Source of the DNA: Adineta vaga
Lineage: Eukaryota > Animalia > Rotifera
DNA length: 64,000 nt
Reading direction: 5' to 3'
Assembly: GCA_021613535.1 (NCBI GenBank)
Contig: CP075495.1
Location: 6,882,001 to 6,946,000, forward strand
Each line of letters starts with the position of its first letter. Position 1 is the first letter of the stretch. Shown here in pieces: positions 1 through 13,500 of this stretch. Below the pieces are notes generated by a model, which was not told the DNA's origin, did not search any database, and worked only from the letters and a program-made list of their open reading frames with translations. Both the position numbers and the translations under genes were made by a program.

Positions 1-23
1 ATTTTAAAACGAATTTGTTTTAG

Positions 24-2133
24 GTCATTCCAATGTTACCTCGTCTACTATGTGATCGATTATGTAGTTTAAATCCTAATGAAGATCGCTTGACATATTC
101 CGTGATTTGGACAATGAATGAACAAGGCGATGTAAGAGTTTCATTCATTTTCTACTACTACTTATACTTTTATTTCTCTACCTAGATTCTTGATGAACAA
201 TTTACACGTAGTATTATTCGATCGTGCGTTAAATTAAGTTATGATCATGCTCAGGTATATTTATATTTGAAATATGAAGTTATTTAATACGATTTCTATC
301 TTTTCATCAAACAGGATATTATTGATCATCCGGATAAACAATTCCAAACGAGTGATTTTCCGCCTATAACAAATAATTACTCTGTTAATGATATTACACG
401 AACAGTTTTACAATTATATGAAATTTCAAAAGTTCTACGTAGTAAACGTGTTGGTGCACTAACATTAAATCAACCCAAATTGCAATATAACATGAAAGCT
501 GATACAAAAATTCCTATGAGTTTTTCTATCTATCAACAAAAAGAAAGTAATCGTTTAGTCGAAGAATATATGCTTTTAGCAAATATGCAAGTAGCAAAAA
601 AATTGTGTTTAACTGAACGTATATTTGAAAAAGTTATTCTACGTCGTCATCCACCACCAAATGCAACAGCCATACAAAATACATTAAAACTCATTAAATC
701 AGCTGGAATTAATATCGAAGGACAATCATCAGATGAAATTGCTAAAGCAATTCGTAGTATTAACGATGAATCAACACAAAAATTACTTATACATCTACTT
801 GCTAAATCAATGCAATTGGCAATTTATTGTTGTGCATCTTGTGCACCTAATAATGATTATTCACATTATGCACTCAATGTCGCTTATTATACACATTTTA
901 CATCACCTATTCGACGATATCCCGATATTCTTGTTCATCGATTACTTGGTGCAACGCTTGGTAAATAAACATGAAAATAAATCGATTGTATTTTTTGCTC
1001 TTCTAGATTACAATGAAAATCTTTATCAAACACCACGAGCACTGGAACAAATTGCTCAATTATGTAATGAAAAGAAATTAAATGCTAAAGCATGTTCTGA
1101 ACGTAGTGCTGAATTGTACTTAGCTGTCTTAATTCGAGTAAGTTTTGTATATTCATCGATCCATATCAATAGTGTTCCTTCAACATACCTATATATATAT
1201 GACCTTTAACCTGTTTCATTATAATTGTCATTGATATGTTTAACCTTGATTACGGTCATTTGTTAGATAGAAATAATTAATTGCTTAATTTTAAACATAG
1301 AAAAATTAGAAAATATTCACATAGATACGAATCGATCTTGTGAGTTTAAGTTATTTATTGTAACATTGAATAGTGAAGGACAAAATGAGAAAGATTTTCT
1401 TTTGTTGATAGCTCTATCTTATTTACAAATGTCATAGCAAATATAAATTCAAGGTGTATGTTTGATTGAGTGTGAAAGAATCACTGATTCTTGTATCTTA
1501 TTCGAATGATCATTGATTTGATATTAAAAGAGAATTATAAAACTAAATATATTTAACAATTCTATAGATATGTAATTCATGCTTAATCTTTTAGGAATAT
1601 GGTACAATTTCTGATGAAGCTGTTATTGTTGGAGTTAAAGATGAAAGTCTTGATGTTTATCTCTTTCGTATTGGTGTACCAGTACGTGCTGGTATTAATG
1701 TAAGTATGCGATTAGTAATGAAATATGATTAGACATCTTGTTTTGTAGAATTTACCATTGGATCATCCACGTACGAGCTTTCAAAAATTACCATCAAATC
1801 AATCAGCAGAATTAACAATCTATTGGAAAGATAATGATCCACCACAAACTGTCAAACAAGTTTTAAAACCATTCGACATTGTGAATGTGGATATTGTGTC
1901 CGAATTCGATCTAAATATGAAAAAATTGAAACTAACAGTTTGTTTTCTTACCGAAAAGGAAATTTGTTTTGACTAAAAAACATCAACATATTTTTCTTTG
2001 ATAGGCTCAATTACGTCATCCCAATGCTGAAAAATTAACAACATTAGCTAAGCTTTGTTCATCAACTACTAAACTTGAATGTGATATATCAATTCAACAA
2101 CGACAAGATTTTGATCCCTATTCTGAATATTAA
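24..2133 (+). CDS. DIS3L2: DIS3-like exonuclease 2 (RNB/RNase II family), 3' portion; gene starts before the window
   Basis: Exons ~24-131, 186-254, 315-960, 1007-1137, 1594-1699, 1749-1937, 2005-2133. They encode [38 protein letters not shown] and [28 protein letters not shown], which are RNB-domain motifs of the DIS3L2 type. Confidence 0.9.
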
Positions 2134-2718
2134 ATTAATTCATTCATTTTGTCTTTGTTCTTCTTAACAACTATTATTTGCATCCATATTTCTACAGTTA
2201 TACAGACTATATTAACATAACTAATTTACATATTTTAAAACCAGAAAGAGAAAAAAAGCGTTTCATTCGTTGTTTACCTTCGCCTCTCTTGATTGATTTT
2301 ACGACGTCCTTGAATCGTCATTATCGTTAATTTTTGCCTGTTCTAAACGTTTTCTTTACTATGTTCTAGATAGTACACATGTATTCATATTATCCACAAA
2401 CGTGTAGAGTCAAATAATCGAAAGAAAACGAAAAGTACGCATCGTACATCATCACCATCAACATTTCTACTGCGTCAATCACGACATACGGGTAAACTTT
2501 TGTCAGATATAAAAATAGAACAGAATAGACGAGAAAGGAAAAATCGAGAAGAAAAGAGAGAAGAAATCTAGACTTGTTTATTTATTGTGTTAGTAACAAT
2601 CTACATGTCAAATAGTATAATTTCATTTATCTAGACATATCAATATCGATTATTAATAATCATTTGATGTCCCTACAACGTTCTTACTATTATTCTATAG
2701 TGTTGTTGTTAGTATAAT

Positions 2719-5696
2719 AATGGTTACCTGGTAAGAGATAATATTCTATATTGATATTTCTATGAATATTTGAATGTATTTAGTGAATCCAATCAATATA
2801 GAATTCCTTTTAAAGCCTGTCGAAATTCTGAAATTAAACATGATCTTGTTACTGTACATTTAAATGTTGAATGGCCAAAAAAGGGTGGTGACGATCCTAT
2901 TCTTATCATAAACATAACGAATAAAAGTAAGATTGAAAATTTTTTCTACTTTGACTATTATTCTAATCTCAAATTTTTTTATCTTAACAAGAACCATCAA
3001 CGTATATTCCACAAAATCAATCATTATCATCATCACTTGTTCATCATTATCCACACCCTCAACAACAACAAAAACAACAAGAAAATTGCTGTCCTACTTT
3101 TCAAAATCCACAATATTATAATCCACATTCTGATTTTGCTTTAAATAATTATGATTCATTACATTCAACAACGCCAATGACATTAGGTGATCATAACGAT
3201 GTTTCATCAACAACAACATTATCATTATTTGATATTATTCAACCACAATCACAATTATCATCATCACCACCGTCATCATCGTCACCATCGACAACAGCAT
3301 CCACAACAACAACATCAAGTTCGTTAGCAATTCAACAAATTAAAAATGACTTAAAATCTCAATTATCACCTGTATTTCGACGTCCATCTACTTCAGCAAT
3401 GTCACAATATTCAGCATATCAGGAAGTAATTCAAGCTCCATTATCAAATATCAGTGATTCTCTCTCTGATATGCAATTGCCAACGACTAAGTACGCATAA
3501 CGATCTTTACTTTATAAAAACGAGGAAAAACCGAACGTTTAATTTTTTCTCTAATTATTATTTTAGTCCACCATTATCAATAAAATCCGTTTCTTCTATC
3601 TCATCAAACATTCATGATCAACAACAATCACCAACCACATCTTATACTCCAATGAGATCTTATATCTGTCATTGTTCTAATCCAACTAATTATCATGAAC
3701 ATAATTGCCCGGTGATTACTTCAACAAAACAAAACTCAGCAATAAATTTTGTATCGAATAATTCATGTCAAACTCAAGATAATCGAACACTTGCTTCACA
3801 AATGAATTATTCGATGCAAACACAATCTAATGATACATTTTTAACATCTTCGACGAAAGAAACCATACAAATACAAACAACAGGTTTACCGTCCTTTTCG
3901 AGTTGTAGTTTTTTGCAAACATCTGATGTGGGAACAATTGTTTCTCCACAAACATCATTTCTAAATAATAATTCAATAGGTGCAACAATAAAATTCTCGC
4001 CAATGATTGCAAGTAAATCGAATAATTTTCAACAACATTCATCGACATTTCCTCCAGTTACAGCAAAGTAAAATTTGTTGAAAATGAAACACCTTATTTA
4101 TTTGTTCTACTATTTAGTTTTCAATCAAATACATTGACAACAAGTCTTATTGTATCACCACGTAACATTTCGGCATCAAATACATGTCAACAAAGTCAGC
4201 AACCAATGGAACAAACTACTCCATTCAATCAGGAGCGTACAACATTTTCAAATTTTAGTATGCCTATCAATTCAATTACTAATCGAAATGAGACAATTGT
4301 TTTTTGTTTCATTTTCTCTAAAAGATGACTGTCAATCACAAATTCAAGTAACCAAGCGATTAAATTCCTTTTTACAACAGCATCGAAATCATGATACTCC
4401 GTCTCTGCCACAGACTTCATATTCAAATACAACAGGGAATCCTTTCACGTCAAGAAGCCTCTCAGGTAAAAGTTTCTTTTTTAATAGCATTTTTTTGTTT
4501 TCACGAATCTGATTTTATTATAGATGCCATTAAAATCTCAAGAAATTTCCGCGAATGATTCAAGAGAAAATTGCACTCAACATGTGTCCACTGCTAATTC
4601 AACGGTAAGATCACCGGTGAGTCTTGGTGATGGTCTATCAGAAAATTCTGTGCAGAAATTGCTTAATAATGCAGCGATCGATCAAACGATTATTGACGTT
4701 TCAAAAGGTGAAGGTGTTATTTCTCTTGATGACAGATCAATGCAAACTAATTCACTAAAACAAAATCCATCATTATCACCTAAACTTGTTTGGGAACAGA
4801 ATGGACCAGTGACAACTAAAACATATTTATCACCATTAGAGTCTAAACAATCTGTATTCTCATATGATTCTAATTTTTCGTCAATCTCACATCAAACTTT
4901 AACGAATATAACACCACAAAATATTCGTCCACCTGCTATGAATCATAATGGGATGCAGATGTTCGTAGAATTACAAGCAGCACCAAAAACTAAGAAAAGA
5001 ATTCGAACAAAATTGATGAATGAAACAGGAACTAAACGTAATCGTAAAACTAACGTTCAAAAGTTTCAATCACCAAAAACATCACCAACTGTTACATCAA
5101 CATCAACTTTTATTTCTAAATCAATATCACCATCAAATATGTCTCATTCAACAGAAAGTATTCTAACTACAAATGTTTCGATAGATAATCTAAATCAACA
5201 TTCATCGAATGATGTACAACAAACAACTGTAGATATTGAATTTGGCAATACTTTATCCAATATTTTTACTCCTGCTCGTACATCAGAACAAACGATATAC
5301 CTTGGACGAACCTATGATTTTGATCTAGATGAAGACTATTCGTCAAAAAATGATGAACATTTTAATCCTTCAACACCACCACCACCACCACTCTCAGCAA
5401 CTCAAGTTCTCTCACCATCCATCCCAATAGTACAATCTAGTCCGCCATTAATGTCATTAGCAACAGAAAAATCATTTACAACGAGTTCTGATGCAGTGTA
5501 TAAAAATTTTCTCTCACCACATACATTATCTTCGACATCGGCATGGCAAGAAAATCAAGTAACATCATCGGTAGTAACACCTCCTGGTATACAAAATACT
5601 TCTGCTTCTCAATATCAACATCAATATCAATCATTTGAGCATTCAGATTTAAATGGACAAACTCAAGTAAGATTGTTATTCAATATGCAATCTTAA
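2719..5696 (+). CDS. Uncharacterised S/T/Q/P-rich, probably disordered protein with a basic NLS-like patch
   Basis: ATG at 2719. Canonical introns join exons ~2719-2729, 2783-2926, 2992-3490, 3567-4067, 4117-4257, 4326-4465 and 4524-5696, linking ORFs 2770, 3177, 3454, 4134, 4150 and 4524. Basic patch PKTKKRIRTKLMNETGTKRNRK. A donor at ~5667 may extend the gene. Confidence 0.65.
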
Positions 5697-6257
5697 TACC
5701 TGTAGAAAAGAAGGACAGCGTATTAGTTAGCCGTTTCAATGAAATGAAATAATTCGACTAATAAAATTCCATTTTTATTTTCACTTTCCAATGAATTTGT
5801 ATTTTTTCGTATGATTTTAATAAATTGTGTTATGTCTGTAATAGTTTCCGTGAAAAAAAAACGAGGCATTTTAGTATGAGAAATTGCATAGTATATAGGC
5901 ACACTTTTCTATAGATTGTTTATCGTATCTCCTGCAAAACTAATATCTACTCTACTAAAATCTGTATCGAGGTTGATTGATTCTTCGAGGTTTGCAAAGT
6001 TTATTTTGTTTCTCGCGTGGACCTTCAATTTTTACATCTAACCTTATACATTCGATAGAAAGATGCGACATCTCTTCAGATTGTGCAGATGAAGAAAAGA
6101 GTTTGCTTGTCTTACAGACAGAAGAAGAAAACATCTCCTATCAATTTCATTGGAGGAACATTTTCATTTTAATAAAGTAACTTTATATTATCATTTATTT
6201 CTATTTACTTTTATAGCTAAGACACCACCACTACCTCTGGAAACTACCATCGATTCA

Positions 6258-6674
6258 ATGAATTCTAATCATAATGTTCAAACCATATTGAAACGCAAAC
6301 CAAAATCAAATGAATTCCGTAAAAATTCAACAAAAATTTCTAAACAGAAACTCCGTTCAAACTCAGCTCCACTCAAATACCGATGTACACGATGTAATTC
6401 TGACTGTATAGCTGACATAACTCATCACGACTTTCCAAAGCATAAAAATCTAGTATTTGAATGTCAATCGTGTGGAAATGCATCGCTTCGATCCAGTATC
6501 TCTGCTGATGAACGAAATTGTCGTTCAAATAAAGTTATTGCTGATCCTCCTAATCGTATAATTTGTCAATTTTGTCGTCAAATCTTTCATCTACATAATG
6601 ATTACTTGCTGCATCTAAAAAATGATCATGCATCCGATAAACCATTGTCGAATGCTCATTCTTTTATTAGATAA
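6258..6674 (+). CDS. Small zinc-finger protein (CxxC-x22-CxxC module plus one C2H2 finger)
   Basis: CTRC...CQSC pair and CQFCRQIFHLHNDYLLHLKNDH; basic N-terminus; upstream splice acceptors at ~5914, 6058 and 6217 (likely 5' UTR exons). Confidence 0.7.
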   Translation: MNSNHNVQTILKRKPKSNEFRKNSTKISKQKLRSNSAPLKYRCTRCNSDCIADITHHDFPKHKNLVFECQSCGNASLRSSISADERNCRSNKVIADPPNRIICQFCRQIFHLHNDYLLHLKNDHASDKPLSNAHSFIR

Positions 6675-7046
6675 TGAAGTATAATTGACTATTCTTCAAT
6701 TCTGATACTCGATAGTATTGTGTAGTTTTGTTTCGCCGCTTCCTTGTGATCAAATGAACATATATGAGATTAGTTATTATATTTATATGGCGAACTTCTT
6801 TTTTTCCTTCTAATAATGTATCAATACTCTTGATCACTTTATATCTATGCTATTTTATTCACTCTGGATGTGTTGTAACCTTTTATTTATCTGTTTATTT
6901 ATATTTTTGTTCAGGAAAACACGCACTCTTTCTATAATTAAGAAAAAACGCTGTGATTGTATCGTATTGAAATAAATCTTGGAATGATAAATTCTTTTCT
7001 TATGTATTTGCAGAATATTGTTATTGGCTATTGGTTTTTCTTCTTC

Positions 7047-8635
7047 ATGGAATTAAATGTCGGTCGAATTGTTTGGGCTAGACGAACTAAAGATGATATA
7101 TATTGGCCAGGAAAAATTATGATTGTTTCTAATAATACCAATGATTTATGGTCATCAGCATCTGTACTAAATTATCATGTACAATTTTTTGTTACAAATC
7201 AATCAGCTTGGCTTACAGATCTCTTACCATATGTGCAATATCGAGATTCAATGACTAACGAATCATTTATGAATTATGGACTGCATCCGACAATTAAATC
7301 TGATTTCATCAATGCTATTCAGCAAGCTAATTATGCAAACAATAATGAAACCTATGTGAATACAAATGATTCAATGATGATGACTATACAATCACAAGAA
7401 CAACGAAACTTAATTCCTACAGTTGAATACAATACCAATAACGACTTTCTCTTGACAACAAATTCGATGTTTACATTGAATACAGGTAAATACACTATGA
7501 AAGATTTTTTTATTGGAGATGAACATTTGCTGTGAATCGACATATAAGTATCAGATCTGGTAGAATATTCGACTTTCGAGTATACATCTATTTAGAGTAT
7601 TATAATGCACCATACCAACAAATATCTGTACCATCATCAGATTCAAATACTCTATCAACCTGTTCATTTTCCTCCAATAATAATAATAATAATAATAACA
7701 ACCAAAATAATCAATTATTAACAATAAATCATGATTGGTATGCTCAACAGGGCTTATTAGTTGAATCAATAACACCACCTTTACCCTCTGAAAATGACAA
7801 TCCACCAGTTTATACTCCTCCATCAGTCATTATTATTACAACAAAGAACTATAACAATCCATCATTTATCTCTTTCATTTTCAATTCACTCTCCAACATC
7901 TTCCATACTACACTTCTCTATATCGAACATTTATCCAACTATCAACATCCATCATCCACTACTCTCACCTATCTCGTTTGTTTTGATCATTTCCAACCAT
8001 CACTTCAACAAACACTTGATACAACTATTCTCAATAATCTTAATGCACATGTCAATTATTATTTTCTTCTGATGAATACACCATCACAATCATTTGTGAA
8101 ATATTTCTATTCAAAAATCATGGATAAACGAAGTATCATGGTCGTTCATTATCATTCACCATTTGAGAGTGATCCATTGTTGCTATGTTCAGGAAATCGT
8201 GGAACATATGAAATACTTCGATCAACATTTCTGAAATATTTATGTTCGAAAATGAAATTTATTGAATCACATGGAGATAAAGATGAATTATTATATTCTG
8301 CTTATGTTATTTCATCGATAATGCAATCAAGTAATATTCTTAATCATTTTGTTGATGAACAAATTCAACAAACATTGAATGAAAATTTTGACTTGAACTT
8401 TCTTCAAAATAATCAAAATGTTATTGATGAATTATTTCCTCGCATATCGATGAATAAAAATTCAAATTCAAATGCTTTAAACGATTTTATTCAAATTTCA
8501 AATACAGAGATACTAGAAAACAAAGAAAAACAATCAATTATTATGTATGATCTCTTACAGAATGGAGCAATCAATAGTAATCCACCTCCGCCGATGTTTG
8601 AATTGTATACACAAACTATTTTACAAGATAAATGA
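7047..8635 (+). CDS. PWWP-domain protein, paralog A
   Basis: Exons 7047-7485 and 7596-8635. N-terminal LNVGRIVWARRTKDDIYWPGKI...YHVQFF is a PWWP signature. It is followed by a poly-N linker and an alpha/beta domain shared with paralog B. Confidence 0.8.
7826..8273 (+). repeat. 448-bp direct repeat, copy 1 (coding, in PWWP-A)
   Basis: Matches 9870-10317 at offset 2044; only two mismatches seen by eye (7973 C/T and 8194 A/T). Confidence 0.95.
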
Positions 8636-9139
8636 GTATTCATGTTTTAATCTTTTCTTTCGATTCTTTTCTTGTTCGTCTAAATAGTAATTCATATAGT
8701 AAACTATTATTCGTGTTTGCATGTATATGTCAGATTTCTTTGAAATAGTAAACGAGTTCCTAAACATTGTCATTGTTTTTGCCAATAGTAATTGTAAATT
8801 TCAATCTTTTTTTTTAACAATTTCAAAATAAATCTTATCTATCCACAATTTAAATAACATAACCGATTGAGCATACACCCACTTTCTTTTATTTGTGGGA
8901 TAGAATAAGTAAACGATCAACGTAAGTCATGATCCAAAGGTATATATTGACATTACACCGTACTTGGACATACATCTGTTCGCCTACGTTTGATCAAAGT
9001 GAAAATTCATTTGTTTAATATAACAAGAAGAAAAGAAAACAGTACTATTGACTTTTCTATCGCCATAAAGAGAATTCCATAAATGCAAGAATAGATGTTA
9101 TATTTGGCATTTCTAGAACAAGTTTATTCGCTGAAAATA

Positions 9140-10598
9140 ATGAATAGTAATTCAGTAGTGACACGTTCTGAAGGTATACCATTGTTAAATTTGAAATTAA
9201 CTAATATAAATTAGAATATTTCGTAGGATTCAATGTCGGAGATATTGTTTGGGCAAGATATGATTATGATGGAATGTATTGGCCGGGAAGAATAACATTC
9301 ATATCGAATGCAATGACAGCTACAAATATACAAGTACAATTGTTATCATATTTTGTTCAATTCTTTGGATATAATCAAACAACTTGGACAATAGATGTTC
9401 TCGCATATAGCCAATATCGAGATTACATGTCAAAATATTTACTCATTCATTATGACTTAAATCCACAATTAAAATATCAATTTTTAAATGCAATCAATTG
9501 TGCAGATATCAATAATAATTCTCCATCAACATCCAATTCAATGATTCCAAGTAAAAATTTTTTTTATCAATTTGTTATAATTCGTTTTAATGCATCATTA
9601 ATTATTTAGCGTCTCATCCTATCACATCATATCCAACAAATGATTATTTATCAACTTCTTATCCTTCCTATGCATCAAATTCCACTTATAATAGTCAAAT
9701 TTCCGTACATACTTCGTGTTCCTGTTGTTCACCACTTTCTTTATTATCAACAAACCAATTATCCGTTGATACCAATATCAATCCACTATATCGATCATAT
9801 AATGAATCTCACCCATTACAAGATCATGCCATCAGTTGCTCGAAAGAAACATTTTCAAAAGTAAATTCCGTCATTATTATTACAACAAAGAACTATAACA
9901 ATCCATCATTTATCTCTTTCATTTTCAATTCACTCTCCAACATCTTCCATACTACACTTCTCTATATCGAACATTTATCCAACTATCAACATCCATCATC
10001 CACTACTCTCACCTATTTCGTTTGTTTTGATCATTTCCAACCATCACTTCAACAAACACTTGATACAACTATTCTCAATAATCTTAATGCACATGTCAAT
10101 TATTATTTTCTTCTGATGAATACACCATCACAATCATTTGTGAAATATTTCTATTCAAAAATCATGGATAAACGAAGTATCATGGTCGTTCATTATCATT
10201 CACCATTTGAGAGTGATCCATTGTTGCTATGTTCAGGTAATCGTGGAACATATGAAATACTTCGATCAACATTTCTGAAATATTTATGTTCGAAAATGAA
10301 ATTTATTGAATCACATGAAGATGAAGAAGTACATAGAAGTGCATCGAATAATATTAAGCAAGAACCAATAATGGACATGTTAGATAAAGCATCGGAATTA
10401 AAGCCCATTACAGATTCTCAAGATATCCCAAATGAAAGTTTACGAACATCATTAGTTGTGAAACATGAGAGAAAATCAAAGGAACGGAAATTACGAAAAC
10501 GTAAACGCAAACGACGTTTATCAAAACATAGAAGAATGTCTACTGCATCTTCGGATTATTATGTACACAATATTCTTAATAACTGTGACTCGGCATGA
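9140..10598 (+). CDS. PWWP-domain protein, paralog B
   Basis: Exons ~9140-9174, 9228-9550, 9610-10598. FNVGDIVWARYDYDGMYWPGRI...YFVQFFG (PWWP); shared domain; C-terminal basic tract RKLRKRKRKRRLSK. Confidence 0.8.
9870..10317 (+). repeat. 448-bp direct repeat, copy 2 (coding, in PWWP-B)
   Basis: Near-identical to 7826-8273. Confidence 0.95.
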
Positions 10599-13500
10599 CA
10601 TTTTTTCTATGAATATCATCGACAAAACAAGAATAAAACTTTACAACGAACAATCACATTTAGATTTCACTCTTGGAAAGTGTTAAATTATACTACGTTC
10701 GATGAAATCGTTCCCAAACATTTGTTCGATAAATAGTTATATACATTCTTTTATATGATTTTAATAGTAGAGAAAATGATTTCATGCCAACATAAAATAG
10801 ATTGACAAACTGCATTTTTCTTGTCTTTTCTTTTTTCTTGCTGTTGATCTTAATAAATAATGAACGTAATGCTTGAATCTATAGATCATGTATAAAAATT
10901 GCCAAAGACACGATATATGAATTACTAATAAAAATAATAATGCTCATTGAAATCACAATCGATATCAAAATAATATATGTACACGAGAAACTTAACATAC
11001 AATGCTCGTTATCAACACTTGATATTGATAGTCAAGAAGTAAAAAAGAAAGAACAGCCGTTTATTTTTCGCATTCTGTATAAACTCAATCATTGCGATCA
11101 CTTGAGTAAATTAGCTATTCATTCATATTGTTCTTTTTCGAACCATTATTGGCTATTACCATTCATCATATGGTTCAATGTACATCAAATAAATGAACAT
11201 TTTATGATAATATTTCATAAAGGAAATACACCTTTTGTTGGCAAGTTCCGGCAGATGATTTTTTATTCCAATCAACAAATGGCGTCATCTGCTGACTGAC
11301 AAAAGAATAAATGGATAACACAGAAAAACGAGAAAAGAAAAATAAATGGTGGTCAACAATATCCTCGTAATTCTTTTCTTCGTCGTCTCGTCTCATTGTT
11401 TGTACTAAATACATTTGTACATTACTGTCGATAATATATTTCTCTAGTGAACGATGTAAGTTGTAGGAAAAAAAGGGAAACAAGACCGTAAGCTAAACTG
11501 ATTTTATTATTTATGCGAGCGAAGTTAAAGAAAACAAAAAAAGAAGAATATGTGTGTGTACGTGTAGTTCTCGTTAGAAATTAATCTTGTTTCTACGGAT
11601 TCATCTTGAAAATAGAAGTTTTTGTTCGACCCGTATGTATTTAATTCTTACCATCGTGCACATGAGACATATATGGAAAAAAAAGAAAAGAAAATGACAA
11701 GGGGGAGTTTATTTAATTTCATTCCTACTCTCGTTTGTCGATCTGTATCCTCATCATCTATTTCTCAGGAGATTTTCGTGTTGGACTTTTTTTGCCTTTT
11801 CATCTAATAGGAAAAGCTAAGTAAAAAAAATTGGAAGGGCAAGGGAGACAGAAGGGGAACAAGGCAAAAAATTAAGGACTACTAGTTTCATCTCATCATT
11901 TGTTCTTCTAAATCATGTAAATGTATTCTATAGATAGAGAGAGCATGAGAGGAGGAACTATAGCGTCTGTCGTCTGTTTTTGTTATTATATTTCTTTGTA
12001 TTTGTCTTCGTTTTTATTGTATATTTCTATGTTCTTTGTCTAGTTCTTTGAAAATTTAATATTATTGATTATGTGCTAAATCAATTTTAATTTGCTTGCT
12101 TTGATAGACATAGAAAAGAATGAGTTCATGCTGAACTTTTTCATTACTCTTTTCACACACATTTTTTTCTTTTTTTATTAAACATCATATGATGAGTTTC
12201 CATTTGTTTTGCGTTTATGAACGAGTTGTAGCTGTTGCTTTTTTTCTTCTCCTTTACTCTTTCTCTCTCCCCCTCTCTCTCTTTTTCCTCGTTCGACGTG
12301 TGTGTAATAGAGGAAATCAAGCATTGTCTGACGGCAGCTTCATCATCATCAGCAGCAGTAGCAGTAATACCGGGTGAAGTAAAGGAAGACGCAAAGAAGA
12401 AAAAAAATGAGTCGGGCAAGCATAAGAAGAAATATTGCTTTCGCACAAGTATGGTAGTATCACTGAATCATTCCGGATTGATATAGAAGAAAAAGAGAAA
12501 ACGCGCGAGAGGGAGATACATAAACGGACGAAGTAAAAATGAAAATAAAAAACACTGACTTCGCTACTTGAATAGTATTGACAATTACGGAAGAAATAAA
12601 AGTTAGAATATTCTTTTTAAATTCGGTAAGGTTTATTTCGCGTTTTTATTTGATATCATAAGTGTTTTAATAATTCATTATAGTAGAACATCGATGAAAG
12701 AGTATTCTGTAAACATTTTGATTCTTTTTTTTTCTATGCATATTTATATAGAACGGAAATTGTCTACACAATTGATCGTTTGCCATCACTTTCACTCACT
12801 TTCTCCTCGTTTTTGCTCGCTTTTGCCTCTTTAACAATTAGATTTAGACGAAACAAATGAAAAAAAAACTTGAATCAGCCAATTGATTGGCTCATTGACG
12901 ACAGATGTTAAAATGATTGAGAGAACATCGAAAGTATTCTCTTCTTTTCAATAGATTTGTATACATGTGTACATTGATGGCTCTAGTCATTATGTCGAAA
13001 AAGATTATATTATAGTTTTTCATGTCTTAATACCTTTCGGTGTCGAATAGTAATTGTATATGATGAAATCTAAGCCAATCGGATGATAAAATAACACTTA
13101 CATTAATTAATTTTCTTCGTTCTATCCGTGGAGCAGCAATATCTGATTAGACACCCTAAATAAGAATAACAGTATGTTCTTTGTCTTGCAATTATATTTC
13201 TAGCCGATGGGTCATATCTGTTGGATAGAAAATTCTTTTCTCATCTGATCATTTAAGACAGTTGTCAGGTTTATTTAAAAAAATACAGATAATTGAGTTC
13301 TAGCAGGTGTCGATAATCAAACTAAAAGATTATCTAAACATGTGTTGACAAGTTCAAAAGGTCAGTTGAAGTGTAAAAAAGAAAGAAAATATTAGCGTTA
13401 GAATACAGTTTACATATATGTTATACAATCATTGTCATTCTACTGAAATAGTATACAAAAAAGAATATAGTGGAATGTTGCATTAAGATAATGACATAGA

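Noticed and set aside
5667-6257. Splicing the S/T-rich gene onto the Zn-finger ORF as one transcription factor
   Set aside because: The phase-0 donor at 5667 and the acceptors at 5914, 6058 and 6217 gave no stop-free route into the Zn-finger frame in the combinations I tried, and AATAAA signals at ~5760 and ~5819 intervene.
7826-10317. 448-bp direct repeats as LTRs of a retroelement
   Set aside because: Both copies are in-frame coding parts of PWWP genes; there are no TG...CA ends, PBS/PPT, target-site duplication or gag/pol sequence between them.
10940-12486. Several 60-120 aa ORFs on both strands
   Set aside because: They are low-complexity F/K/S-rich translations of AT-rich promoter/UTR DNA upstream of the tau-like gene, with no domain motifs or consistent exon structure.
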